Positions 8,091-15,043 of a DNA stretch of 64,000 nt are shown piece by piece. The stretch's first letter is position 1, and each line of letters begins with the position of its first letter. The DNA lies in IMG/VR virus record IMGVR_UViG_3300027763_000036, positions 1 to 64,000 of that record. One strand, 5' to 3'. The position numbers were made by a program, and so were the translations under genes. The DNA comes from a virus. The notes below the pieces were generated by a model. That model made no database searches and was not told the DNA's origin. It saw only the letters and a program-made list of their open reading frames with translations.

Positions 8091-8341
8091 GATAATTTTT
8101 TAAATAGTCCAACAAAAAGTAACAATAATGCAGATGCTACAAAGAACACAAGACCCTGTTTGAATCTTACAAATGTTTCTTCCATCTGTATCTCTTCATC
8201 AACAGTATCTAAATCTATGCATAGTTCATTTACTCTATAAACTACTATTTCAGGATCTGCACTTGACTGATATGCAGCAATAATGAGGGACTGTATATCC
8301 CTCTTTTGCTGTTCTAATTTTCTTAACTTTCTGTAAATCAT
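8087..8341 (-). CDS. Coiled-coil protein with C-terminal transmembrane helix
   Basis: 84 aa; GLVFFVASALLLLFVGLF. Confidence 0.7.
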   Translation of the reverse strand: MIYRKLRKLEQQKRDIQSLIIAAYQSSADPEIVVYRVNELCIDLDTVDEEIQMEETFVRFKQGLVFFVASALLLLFVGLFKKLS

Positions 8342-8475
8342 TTGCTTACAGTTTTGTTCTGCACTTGCTTTGTCTGACCATAAGCATCACAGTGGTGAGT
8401 AGTACCGCAACTAACAAAAGATGCTAATACACCAATAAATAAAAACCATAATACTACAATTGCAATTGTTTTCAT
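8338..8475 (-). CDS. 45-aa lipoprotein with CDAY motif (not in ORF track)
   Basis: MKTIAIVVLWFLFIGVLASFVSC-GTTHHCDAYGQ...; lipobox FVSC; ATGA overlap with the next gene. Confidence 0.7.
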   Translation of the reverse strand: MKTIAIVVLWFLFIGVLASFVSCGTTHHCDAYGQTKQVQNKTVSK

Positions 8476-8486
8476 AATCATAAATT

Positions 8487-8831
8487 TTAAAAGGGTAAAT
8501 CTAAATCAACAGGTTGGCTAAAATTTTCCATACCTAATGCGCTATCTAACAGTGCTTGCTTCTTACATGCAAGTTTATGCATCTTAGCATTAACTTGATA
8601 TAGTTTGAGTTTTTCAAACCACATGATATACTTTTCACTTGATCTTGTATTCCAATGTACAACACCTTCTATTCTGTAGAGGTGTGGATTCTTTCTGCTA
8701 TTGCAGTAAGCCACATCAAAATCATATTCTTTCCTGATCTCAATAGCATCTTCAGGTGTAAGATTCATGTTAAGTTTAATCAGAGTGTGGCTACCAAATG
8801 AATGGTAACCAAAAGGGACTGTTTTGTTCAT
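8487..8831 (-). CDS. Hypothetical protein ending in DLPF
   Basis: 114-aa ORF with an SSB-like acidic C-terminal tip. Confidence 0.75.
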   Translation of the reverse strand: MNKTVPFGYHSFGSHTLIKLNMNLTPEDAIEIRKEYDFDVAYCNSRKNPHLYRIEGVVHWNTRSSEKYIMWFEKLKLYQVNAKMHKLACKKQALLDSALGMENFSQPVDLDLPF

Positions 8832-8876
8832 AAGTTTATTTTTAAATTGTTAATCATAATATAAAATCATAGTCAC

Positions 8877-9160
8877 CTAGTGACAAGAATATATAGATAA
8901 AGTCAAATTCAAATACTAAGGCAAAGACCTTCTCTTCTACAAAGGCAAATACAAATACTAAGTCTCAATGTTAGCCAATTGCATATAATGCATAACCTGT
9001 CTAACTTGGGAGTTCTATCTCAGTTTTTATAGTTTGAAGAGAAGCGGTAATTATTAGTAATTTTAATTTTATAAGTGGTATCACCACATACTTTATTAAA
9101 AAAATTCTTGTCACTAGATATAAAGAGTAGAGGAATCAGCTTGTGCCTATCCCCTACTCA
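8877..9160 (-). ncRNA. Candidate structured RNA downstream of the 303-aa gene
   Basis: Perfect 14-bp closing stem (9104-9117/8877-8890), inner 9-bp stem (9036-9044/8929-8937), nine in-register hexamers, 5' hairpin GAGTAGGGGA...TCCTCTACTC. Confidence 0.7.
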
Positions 9161-9175
9161 CCTAATACCAGTACA

Positions 9176-10087
9176 CTATTTCTCAGGTGTCATGAATAAG
9201 TCAATGACATTCTGAAATCTAGGATCAACATTGATTCTCAATGCTGCAGCAGCTTTAACATTCAACTCTCGTTGAGCATTAAATTCCATAGTAAGCCTAC
9301 ACAACTCACCTTTGTACTCATCCATAGCAAGAGTATATTCTCTGTTAAGAGCTTCTTCTTGCTTTAGGAAAATAGCAGCTTTATCTGCATTTTCTTTTTG
9401 GATACGTGCATTCTCATCACTAACTAAGTTCTTAACCTTGGCTTTGAAGTAGTTTACACGTTGCTCATACTTGCGGTGCTCTTCAGCAACATCTTCATGC
9501 AATTGCATTAAAGACTGAGAGTCATGATGCTTAGTAATCTTAACAGGAGTTTTCTTATTATCCTCTACATTGAACCATTCAATGCTAGGCATGTTAGATA
9601 ACTCTTTTCTAAGACTAGACAACTTACCATTTTTATGGATAAATTGACCCAAGTGAGATGCCATAGCTTCTACTTGCAAATACTCTGAGTATTCTACATC
9701 AGAAAGTCTAGACCATCCCCATGATTCTTCAACATCTTGAATAACATCATAGTCAGTTGCATACTGTCTCTTAGGTTCCACAAGATGAGAGAAATCAGGA
9801 CGCGTATTCTGGATTCTCTCTATCTCAGCATCTTTACCCTTGATAGCTTCCATAAGGAATGCTTGGCAAGCATGTAAGTCACCCTTGATTTTAAGTTTCT
9901 CAAGGATATTATCCGGAATCACAGATGCCTCTTGCATCATATAAGACTGACCACTAATGGTAATAGTCTTACTGCAGTTGTTATAAGATTCCAACTCACG
10001 TTGAATCTCCAAAGCATTTTGGTTGCACAAGTTAGATACTGATTGTGCTTGGGACATGCTTAAACCCTTGGTAGATAAATTTCTCAT
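9176..10087 (-). CDS. 303-aa alpha-helical/coiled-coil hypothetical protein
   Basis: Long ORF with heptad-rich segments; no catalytic motif recognised. Confidence 0.85.
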   Translation of the reverse strand: MRNLSTKGLSMSQAQSVSNLCNQNALEIQRELESYNNCSKTITISGQSYMMQEASVIPDNILEKLKIKGDLHACQAFLMEAIKGKDAEIERIQNTRPDFSHLVEPKRQYATDYDVIQDVEESWGWSRLSDVEYSEYLQVEAMASHLGQFIHKNGKLSSLRKELSNMPSIEWFNVEDNKKTPVKITKHHDSQSLMQLHEDVAEEHRKYEQRVNYFKAKVKNLVSDENARIQKENADKAAIFLKQEEALNREYTLAMDEYKGELCRLTMEFNAQRELNVKAAAALRINVDPRFQNVIDLFMTPEK

Positions 10088-10140
10088 TGTTTTTTGTTTT
10101 TGAGAGTTAATAAATAAATTGATTTTTAAGTTGATAAAAA

Positions 10141-10166
10141 GAGCAGTTTAACATCATGCTCAGGAT
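10141..10166 (-). ncRNA. Mini H-type pseudoknot, copy 1
   Basis: ATC-CTGAGCAT-GAT...AAACTGCTC, then a U-tract. Confidence 0.65.
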
Positions 10167-10178
10167 AATATTTGAATA

Positions 10179-10535
10179 CTAATCTATTAGATTAGGTTCA
10201 TCTTCCCCTCTAAGATCATAGTTAGTTCTATCATAGAAATCACCATAAGATTCTTCTCTACTGTAGAACTCATCACGGGCAACATCTTCTTGATCATCAA
10301 GATCACTTAACTGATCTTTATATCCTTGTAGTTCTGCTTTAAGTGACTCTATTAATTCTATTTGTTCTTCTCTCCACCATCTGTACTCAAGTGCTTCTTG
10401 ATGTTTGTCTGTTAAATCTTCACAGTCAGCAATTGTTGCAGAAACATTAGGAGTATTATATAAATCATATTCCGCTTGTTCAAGTTCATGAGAAGTTTCA
10501 ACAACAAGTTTAAATAAATCATCTCTTGTAATCAT
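10179..10535 (-). CDS. Acidic coiled-coil hypothetical protein
   Basis: 118 aa, D/E-rich. Confidence 0.75.
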   Translation of the reverse strand: MITRDDLFKLVVETSHELEQAEYDLYNTPNVSATIADCEDLTDKHQEALEYRWWREEQIELIESLKAELQGYKDQLSDLDDQEDVARDEFYSREESYGDFYDRTNYDLRGEDEPNLID

Positions 10536-10563
10536 ATTTTTAAGTTTAATTGGTTACTAATTT

Positions 10564-10693
10564 TTACCCCTCTGCACTCAGTTGTAACACTAATCTTTAA
10601 CCACTATTGATAAGTTGGGTCAAGAAACCATAATTTGTATATATGGTGTTACAACTGCTCACCCTTGGGAAGTGAGTTATGGTGCATTAATAA
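10564..10693 (-). ncRNA. Twister ribozyme (type P1, with long P5 insertion)
   Basis: P1 TTAT/GTAA, L1 UAA, P2 TGCA/TGCA, T2 CC/GG, P4 CTCAC/GTGAG with loop TTCCCAAGG, 3' GA-GGG (T1), 12-bp P5 CAGTTGTAACAC/GTGTTACAACTG. Confidence 0.75.
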
Positions 10694-10719
10694 GAGCAGT
10701 TTGTCTACATGCTCAGGTA
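10694..10719 (-). ncRNA. Mini H-type pseudoknot, copy 2
   Basis: TAC-CTGAGCAT-GTA...AAACTGCTC; covaries with copy 1. Confidence 0.65.
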
Positions 10720-10747
10720 TACGCAGAATATCACTGCCTTTCTATTG

Positions 10748-10880
10748 TGTACTCTCACAAGGTTGCAATCCTTGAATTTGATAGCCTCTGCATATTACTA
10801 TGCTTCATATGCTACTATCTTGGTATAGTATCCACACGCTCAGCATAACTGATTGTGTTTACCTGCTTGGATGAGAGTAT
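10748..10880 (-). ncRNA. Candidate multi-stem junction RNA
   Basis: 8-bp closing stem TACTCTCA/TGAGAGTA enclosing four hairpins; the last (CAAGG-7nt-CCTTG) stacks directly on the closing stem; strand assumed from context. Confidence 0.55.
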
Positions 10881-10994
10881 AATAAATGGCTGTTTATGCT
10901 ATAAACATTTAATACATAGTAATTTGTATGATGAATATTTAACAGGCTAGCTAAACCTGCAGTACTCAACACCCCTATGTAACCATAAAATAAA

Positions 10995-11021
10995 GAGCAG
11001 TTTTATATCCTACTCAGGATA
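10995..11021 (-). ncRNA. Mini H-type pseudoknot, copy 3
   Basis: TATCC-TGAGTA-GGATA...AAACTGCTC, then a U-rich tract. Confidence 0.65.
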
Positions 11022-11026
11022 GTTGG

Positions 11027-11164
11027 TTATCCCAACTGCTCAATAGCAATCGGGAGTCCCTGTTTGTCTAACACTCTTTTTACTGTTTTACCATTAGAGT
11101 ATTTAACATACTGTACAAGGGAGAGGTTACCCTTATACATTTCAATCATAGTTTTGATAATCAT
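11027..11164 (-). CDS. 45-aa hypothetical protein (not in ORF track)
   Basis: MIIKTMIEMYKGNLSLVQYVKYSNGKTVKRVLDKQGLPIAIEQLG*, with an A-rich leader. Confidence 0.55.
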   Translation of the reverse strand: MIIKTMIEMYKGNLSLVQYVKYSNGKTVKRVLDKQGLPIAIEQLG

Positions 11165-11258
11165 AACTTAATATTTTTTAGTGTGAGGACTTGCCTGTGC
11201 TAGGTACACAGGACTTGGGTGTTAATAATAATATTGATTGTGCTCAATATTTAAATAA

Positions 11259-11456
11259 TAGACAAGAGTGTAACAATATCCTACATTGCTACTAGACCGC
11301 TGAGTCATCACTTGAATTAAACTGAATTCCACTTCAGTCAGCTGTATTCTCCCAAGTGGAATCTTGTATAAGAGAATAGATAATGGCATACCACATATTA
11401 CTGCTGCGGTCAACAGGTTCACACTGCCGGATTACTCCCGTGTATAACACTGCCTA
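11259..11456 (-). ncRNA. Candidate ~200-nt structured RNA with an internal pseudoknot
   Basis: Stems TAGGCAG/TTGTCTA and GACCGC/GCGGTC; interleaved TATTCTC/GAGAATA and ATTCCACTT/AAGTGGAAT. Confidence 0.55.
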
Positions 11457-11515
11457 GTTTAAATTAAACTCACATAGCTTTATCAATACTATGTGTAAAA
11501 TACCTGATTTTTAAG

Positions 11516-11701
11516 TCTGCACTAACTTTGGATTATATCACTGCAAATGATAAGTAGCACTATAAATCTCTTTGCAGGAGAAATACAGAACCCAATAGTA
11601 GCCCCACAGGTTTGTCACTGTTTGCTAACAGTAATGAACTTTGCTTGACATCAACAACCCCGTCAAGTATAAACTTGAGTGTAAACCGTATAGAGTGCAA
11701 A
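11516..11701 (-). ncRNA. Candidate ~185-nt structured RNA
   Basis: Closing TTTGCACT/AGTGCAGA; inner ACGGTTT/AAACC-TGT, CTTGAC/GTCAAG, TACTGTT/AACAGTG. Confidence 0.5.
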
Positions 11702-11746
11702 GGTTAAAAACTCCCCCTCAGTTATTTACAGTTGATGTACTAATTA

Positions 11747-11992
11747 TTAAAGATTATCCATAGAGATAATGCTATCAAGGTCACTATATGTACCTTGATA
11801 AACATTACCTTGTAAAGATTCAACTTTAATATTGTTTTCAGATACTTCAAGGAAGTATTCTGTTTTAATGTGCTTAGAAGCTTTCGCGGGAGTTTCTTTC
11901 TTTACAATAACATGTAGTATTACATGTATAAGTATAGAGAAGGAAACACATCCAAGTATAAAGCCAATAAGGAATGAATCATTTGATTTCAT
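11747..11992 (-). CDS. Single-pass membrane protein
   Basis: Start moved to 11992 (MKSNDSFLIGFILGCVSFSILIHVIL), downstream of a terminator. Confidence 0.7.
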   Translation of the reverse strand: MKSNDSFLIGFILGCVSFSILIHVILHVIVKKETPAKASKHIKTEYFLEVSENNIKVESLQGNVYQGTYSDLDSIISMDNL

Positions 11993-12016
11993 ATTTATGG
12001 TTTTAGTTATTACTTT

Positions 12017-12041
12017 AAAAAAATGCAGGCCTTTCACCTGC
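12017..12041 (-). terminator. Intrinsic terminator
   Basis: GCAGG-TGAAAGG-CCTGC-ATTTTTTT. Confidence 0.7.
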
Positions 12042-12237
12042 TTGGGATAATATCCTCAATGGTATGACATTATTGGTTAGTCATACAAGTTGCGGAGAGG
12101 ATTACTGCCTCTCACTCTGTAAGTATAAGTTACATAGATAATCTGTTCCTATCATTTGTTCAAGGATACTGATTAGTATGGATATGGACAATCTTCTGAT
12201 TTCATATTATATGTTTTTAATTGTTAAACAATATAGA

Positions 12238-12405
12238 TTACCCTGCAAGAGAGTAATCCTTTTGCATTACTACCACTAAACCAACTGCTGGATGCTGGTA
12301 TTCATGTAGTACTGTATAACCTTCTTTACATTTCATATGTATAAGGTCTTTAAGCTCTATGCCCATAGACATAGCTTGATCTTCTGTAATGGTAATTTCT
12401 TCCAT
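12238..12405 (-). CDS. 55-aa hypothetical protein (not in ORF track)
   Basis: MEEITITEDQAMSMGIELKD...YSLAG*; leader TAGTAACCAATTAAA shared with the 10535 gene. Confidence 0.6.
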   Translation of the reverse strand: MEEITITEDQAMSMGIELKDLIHMKCKEGYTVLHEYQHPAVGLVVVMQKDYSLAG

Positions 12406-12751
12406 TGTATATTGATTTAATTGGTTACTAGGTAAGCAGTTAGCTATATAAAATCTTTTAACTATACTATACTAGTATAGTAAAATACAGATATATTAGT
12501 GTTAATAAATAGAGAGAGTGTTTAGTAGTAACATAGACTAATAGATTAAAACAAGCTTGTTTCCGCACTGGTTATCAGTAAGTTATGGTTATCCACAGAA
12601 TGTTTGCAATAACAGCAGAGGTACCCTGCGGTGACCGCCACAAAGACAGTCTCCTTTTTTGTCTTATTAAAGATTCCACAGGCTGAAACTCCTTAGAGTT
12701 TCTCCTTTCTAAGCATAACAAGTTGTATTATACACTCCCGGCTCAGTAATT

Positions 12752-12790
12752 AAAAAGGGAGAGCATGTATTTCTACACACTCCCCCTTTT
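12752..12790 (-). terminator. Intrinsic terminator
   Basis: GGGGGAG...CTCTCCC followed by TTTTT, after ORF 12798. Confidence 0.7.
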
Positions 12791-12797
12791 AGCACCC

Positions 12798-13202
12798 TTA
12801 CAGGTTCAACACCTTGGATGTCTCCTCTACCTCATCAAACATGTCATCAGTGATTTCTGCACCAACAACTAATGAGGATAAGGCCCACCATGGACTACGT
12901 GGAGTTCCATCAGCATTCTTGCTACGGGTAACAGAACCTAAGTAAGTACCACCTGTTTCCATGTCTTGCTCATAGGATTTCCTATAAACATGGACATTGT
13001 TGGCTACATGCTTTTGCTGATTTTCATCTAAGAACTCAACAGTTGCAAGTTTGTACTCAACTTTCTCAATGCCGTTTTCCCCCTCAACCTCATAGTCAAA
13101 AACATTGTCACTCAGTCTTTTAAGAGTGCCTTTGATTTTTGCTACTTTAACCAAGTTACCGCGTGAAGTTGTTTGCTCCACAAATTTTAATGCAATTCCC
13201 AT
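12798..13202 (-). CDS. Hypothetical beta-rich protein, possibly OB-fold
   Basis: 134 aa with an acidic tail. Confidence 0.8.
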   Translation of the reverse strand: MGIALKFVEQTTSRGNLVKVAKIKGTLKRLSDNVFDYEVEGENGIEKVEYKLATVEFLDENQQKHVANNVHVYRKSYEQDMETGGTYLGSVTRSKNADGTPRSPWWALSSLVVGAEITDDMFDEVEETSKVLNL

Positions 13203-13430
13203 TTTGATAAAATTTAATGAGATTATATTTGTAGGGCAAAACCAAGCCTTGCCCTTTTAGGCTTTTCTTTTTATTAAAGATTTCTGTTAGGCTGAACACG
13301 GAGTGTTCTCCTTTCTAAGAGTAAGTTTTTGTATTTTTAGTCATTTTGTAACTGCTTGATTATCAGGACCAAAGTCTACTTGTTCCACCGCGTAGATACT
13401 TAACACTCCTTGGCTAACTTTTCAAAAAGA

Positions 13431-13451
13431 AAAAAGGGGATTACTCCCCTT
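13431..13451 (-). terminator. Intrinsic terminator
   Basis: AAGGGGAGTAATCCCCTTTTT. Confidence 0.75.
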
Positions 13452-13824
13452 ATAAGTTCTTAAACATGTTAACCAAGTCTGCATGGTCATCATTACCATT
13501 TGTGTTTTCTAACTTAAGTAACTCAGGTAAGTTAACATCTTTACCAGAATACACATGATAATCTATTGAGCCATATCCTGTACGTTTTTCATGATAGGTT
13601 TCCATGACATATGCTTCAAGCATTTTCCATATATCATTACAATACATGCCTGTAAGTTTATGATAACCATCAATAGTAAGCCCATCATATCTTGGTACAT
13701 AACCCATAGTATCCCATGAGTAACCATCTTCAAACATTCTGATTTTCTCAGCAACAAATGTAATAACAGGAAAAGCTACAGTAGCTTCTACTTCAATCTT
13801 TTTCTTGTAAGTAATTGTTTTCAT
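13450..13824 (-). CDS. Early cassette hypothetical protein
   Basis: 124 aa; ATG 24 nt downstream of the 12-mer. Confidence 0.8.
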   Translation of the reverse strand: MKTITYKKKIEVEATVAFPVITFVAEKIRMFEDGYSWDTMGYVPRYDGLTIDGYHKLTGMYCNDIWKMLEAYVMETYHEKRTGYGSIDYHVYSGKDVNLPELLKLENTNGNDDHADLVNMFKNL

Positions 13825-13871
13825 AATAAATAGTTTTAAATTCTTTTCTTATTAAAGATTAAAAAAGGGGA

Positions 13872-14177
13872 TTATATCCCCTTTTCAGCTAACAGCTCAG
13901 CAACCTTATGTTCCACCAATTTTTCCATTAGGGAAACCTGATAATTAAAATCATGTATTGGTTCCATTACATAAGATTGGTCATAACCATTTGACTTTGG
14001 TAGTCCATGTACTGTAATTTCAGTACCTGTTTTAACAAAGAGCAGGTCTCTCATAGTAATCATAACAAAGGATTCTGTTTCTTCTCCAGTTATGATAACT
14101 CTACCCCAAGCATAGGGTCTATTAAATTTGTCAGTATATATGTTTTTACCGACCCATGTAAGTGTTCCTTTAAGCAT
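13872..14177 (-). CDS. Early cassette hypothetical protein
   Basis: 101 aa; ATG 26 nt after the 12-mer; stop lies inside the terminator hairpin. Confidence 0.8.
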   Translation of the reverse strand: MLKGTLTWVGKNIYTDKFNRPYAWGRVIITGEETESFVMITMRDLLFVKTGTEITVHGLPKSNGYDQSYVMEPIHDFNYQVSLMEKLVEHKVAELLAEKGI

Positions 14178-14248
14178 AATAAATAATTTTAAATGTTTAT
14201 ATTTTATTAAAGATTAAAAAAGAAAGGGGATGTTACTCCCCTTAACTT

Positions 14249-14431
14249 TTAAATAGCAATCTTACCTACATACTTTACCTCTATTATCTTATAAGATACA
14301 CCGGGATGTCTATTACTTGATTCAAGATATTTATATGCCTGTTCTACTGCATAAAACATACTAGATGCTTTTATGTGAAAGTATTCTGTATCATTACTTT
14401 TCACGGTTACTAAAAATAGATTTTCTTTCAT
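14249..14431 (-). CDS. Early cassette hypothetical protein (60 aa)
   Basis: Start moved to 14431 (MKENLF), giving the standard 25-nt spacing from the 12-mer. Confidence 0.75.
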   Translation of the reverse strand: MKENLFLVTVKSNDTEYFHIKASSMFYAVEQAYKYLESSNRHPGVSYKIIEVKYVGKIAI

Positions 14432-14485
14432 TGTATATAATTTAATTGTTCTCATATTATTAAAGATTAAAATTTAAAAAGGGTG

Positions 14486-14632
14486 TTACCCCTTTCTAAT
14501 TCTAAACTTTCCATAAGTATGATTACCTTGGTTTTGTAAATCATATCTTTTCCAATAAGCTAAATCCCTTGTTGGGAATGTATATGCCTCTCTAACTTCA
14601 GAGCCATTAACAATGTATTCAAGTATCCACAT
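14486..14632 (-). CDS. Early cassette 48-aa protein (not in ORF track)
   Basis: MWILEYIVNGSEVREAYTFPTRDLAYWKR...RIRKG*; stop inside the terminator. Confidence 0.75.
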   Translation of the reverse strand: MWILEYIVNGSEVREAYTFPTRDLAYWKRYDLQNQGNHTYGKFRIRKG

Positions 14633-14671
14633 AGTTTATATTTCTTATCTTACTAAAGATTCAAAAATAAA

Positions 14672-14869
14672 CTAAGCCCCCTGGTTAAGGAGCTTAGCTA
14701 TTTCTTTGGCATCTACATATTTCTTGCATATTGTAAATCCGCAAGCAGGTGGAACACGGTCAATGTATTCTTGTGCTAAGAATGCAGAGTGTTTAGCAGT
14801 AGCAGTGTATGCTAATTGTAGAACAGGTTTTCCTAAGTAATCTGTGATAAGTGCAAAGTAAATTTTCAT
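14672..14869 (-). CDS. Early cassette 65-aa protein
   Basis: ATG 26 nt after the 12-mer; stop inside the terminator stem. Confidence 0.75.
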   Translation of the reverse strand: MKIYFALITDYLGKPVLQLAYTATAKHSAFLAQEYIDRVPPACGFTICKKYVDAKEIAKLLNQGA

Positions 14870-14923
14870 GGCAATTGTTTTTAATGATTATTTTATTAAT
14901 AAAGATTAAAATTAAAAGGGGAA

Positions 14924-14995
14924 TCACCCCCTTATAATTCGATACTTAATGTATGCCAACAGGAACACAAGTCCCCAAAGAATTGCTGTTATCAT
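14924..14995 (-). CDS. Early cassette 23-aa transmembrane micropeptide (not in ORF track)
   Basis: MITAILWGLVFLLAYIKYRIIRG*; 25-nt spacing; stop in the terminator loop. Confidence 0.7.
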   Translation of the reverse strand: MITAILWGLVFLLAYIKYRIIRG

Positions 14996-15043
14996 AGTAT
15001 TTAATTTAATTGTTCTTATCTTACTAAAGATTAAAAAGGGGAA

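Noticed and set aside
8897-8962. Diversity-generating retroelement template repeat or retron
   Set aside because: No reverse transcriptase in the window and no matching variable repeat with adenine-specific differences was seen. A partner outside the window cannot be excluded.
10615-10848. 77-aa plus-strand ORF and 66-aa minus-strand ORF at 11222-11422
   Set aside because: Both have non-ATG starts and atypical composition, and both overlap well-formed RNA structures.
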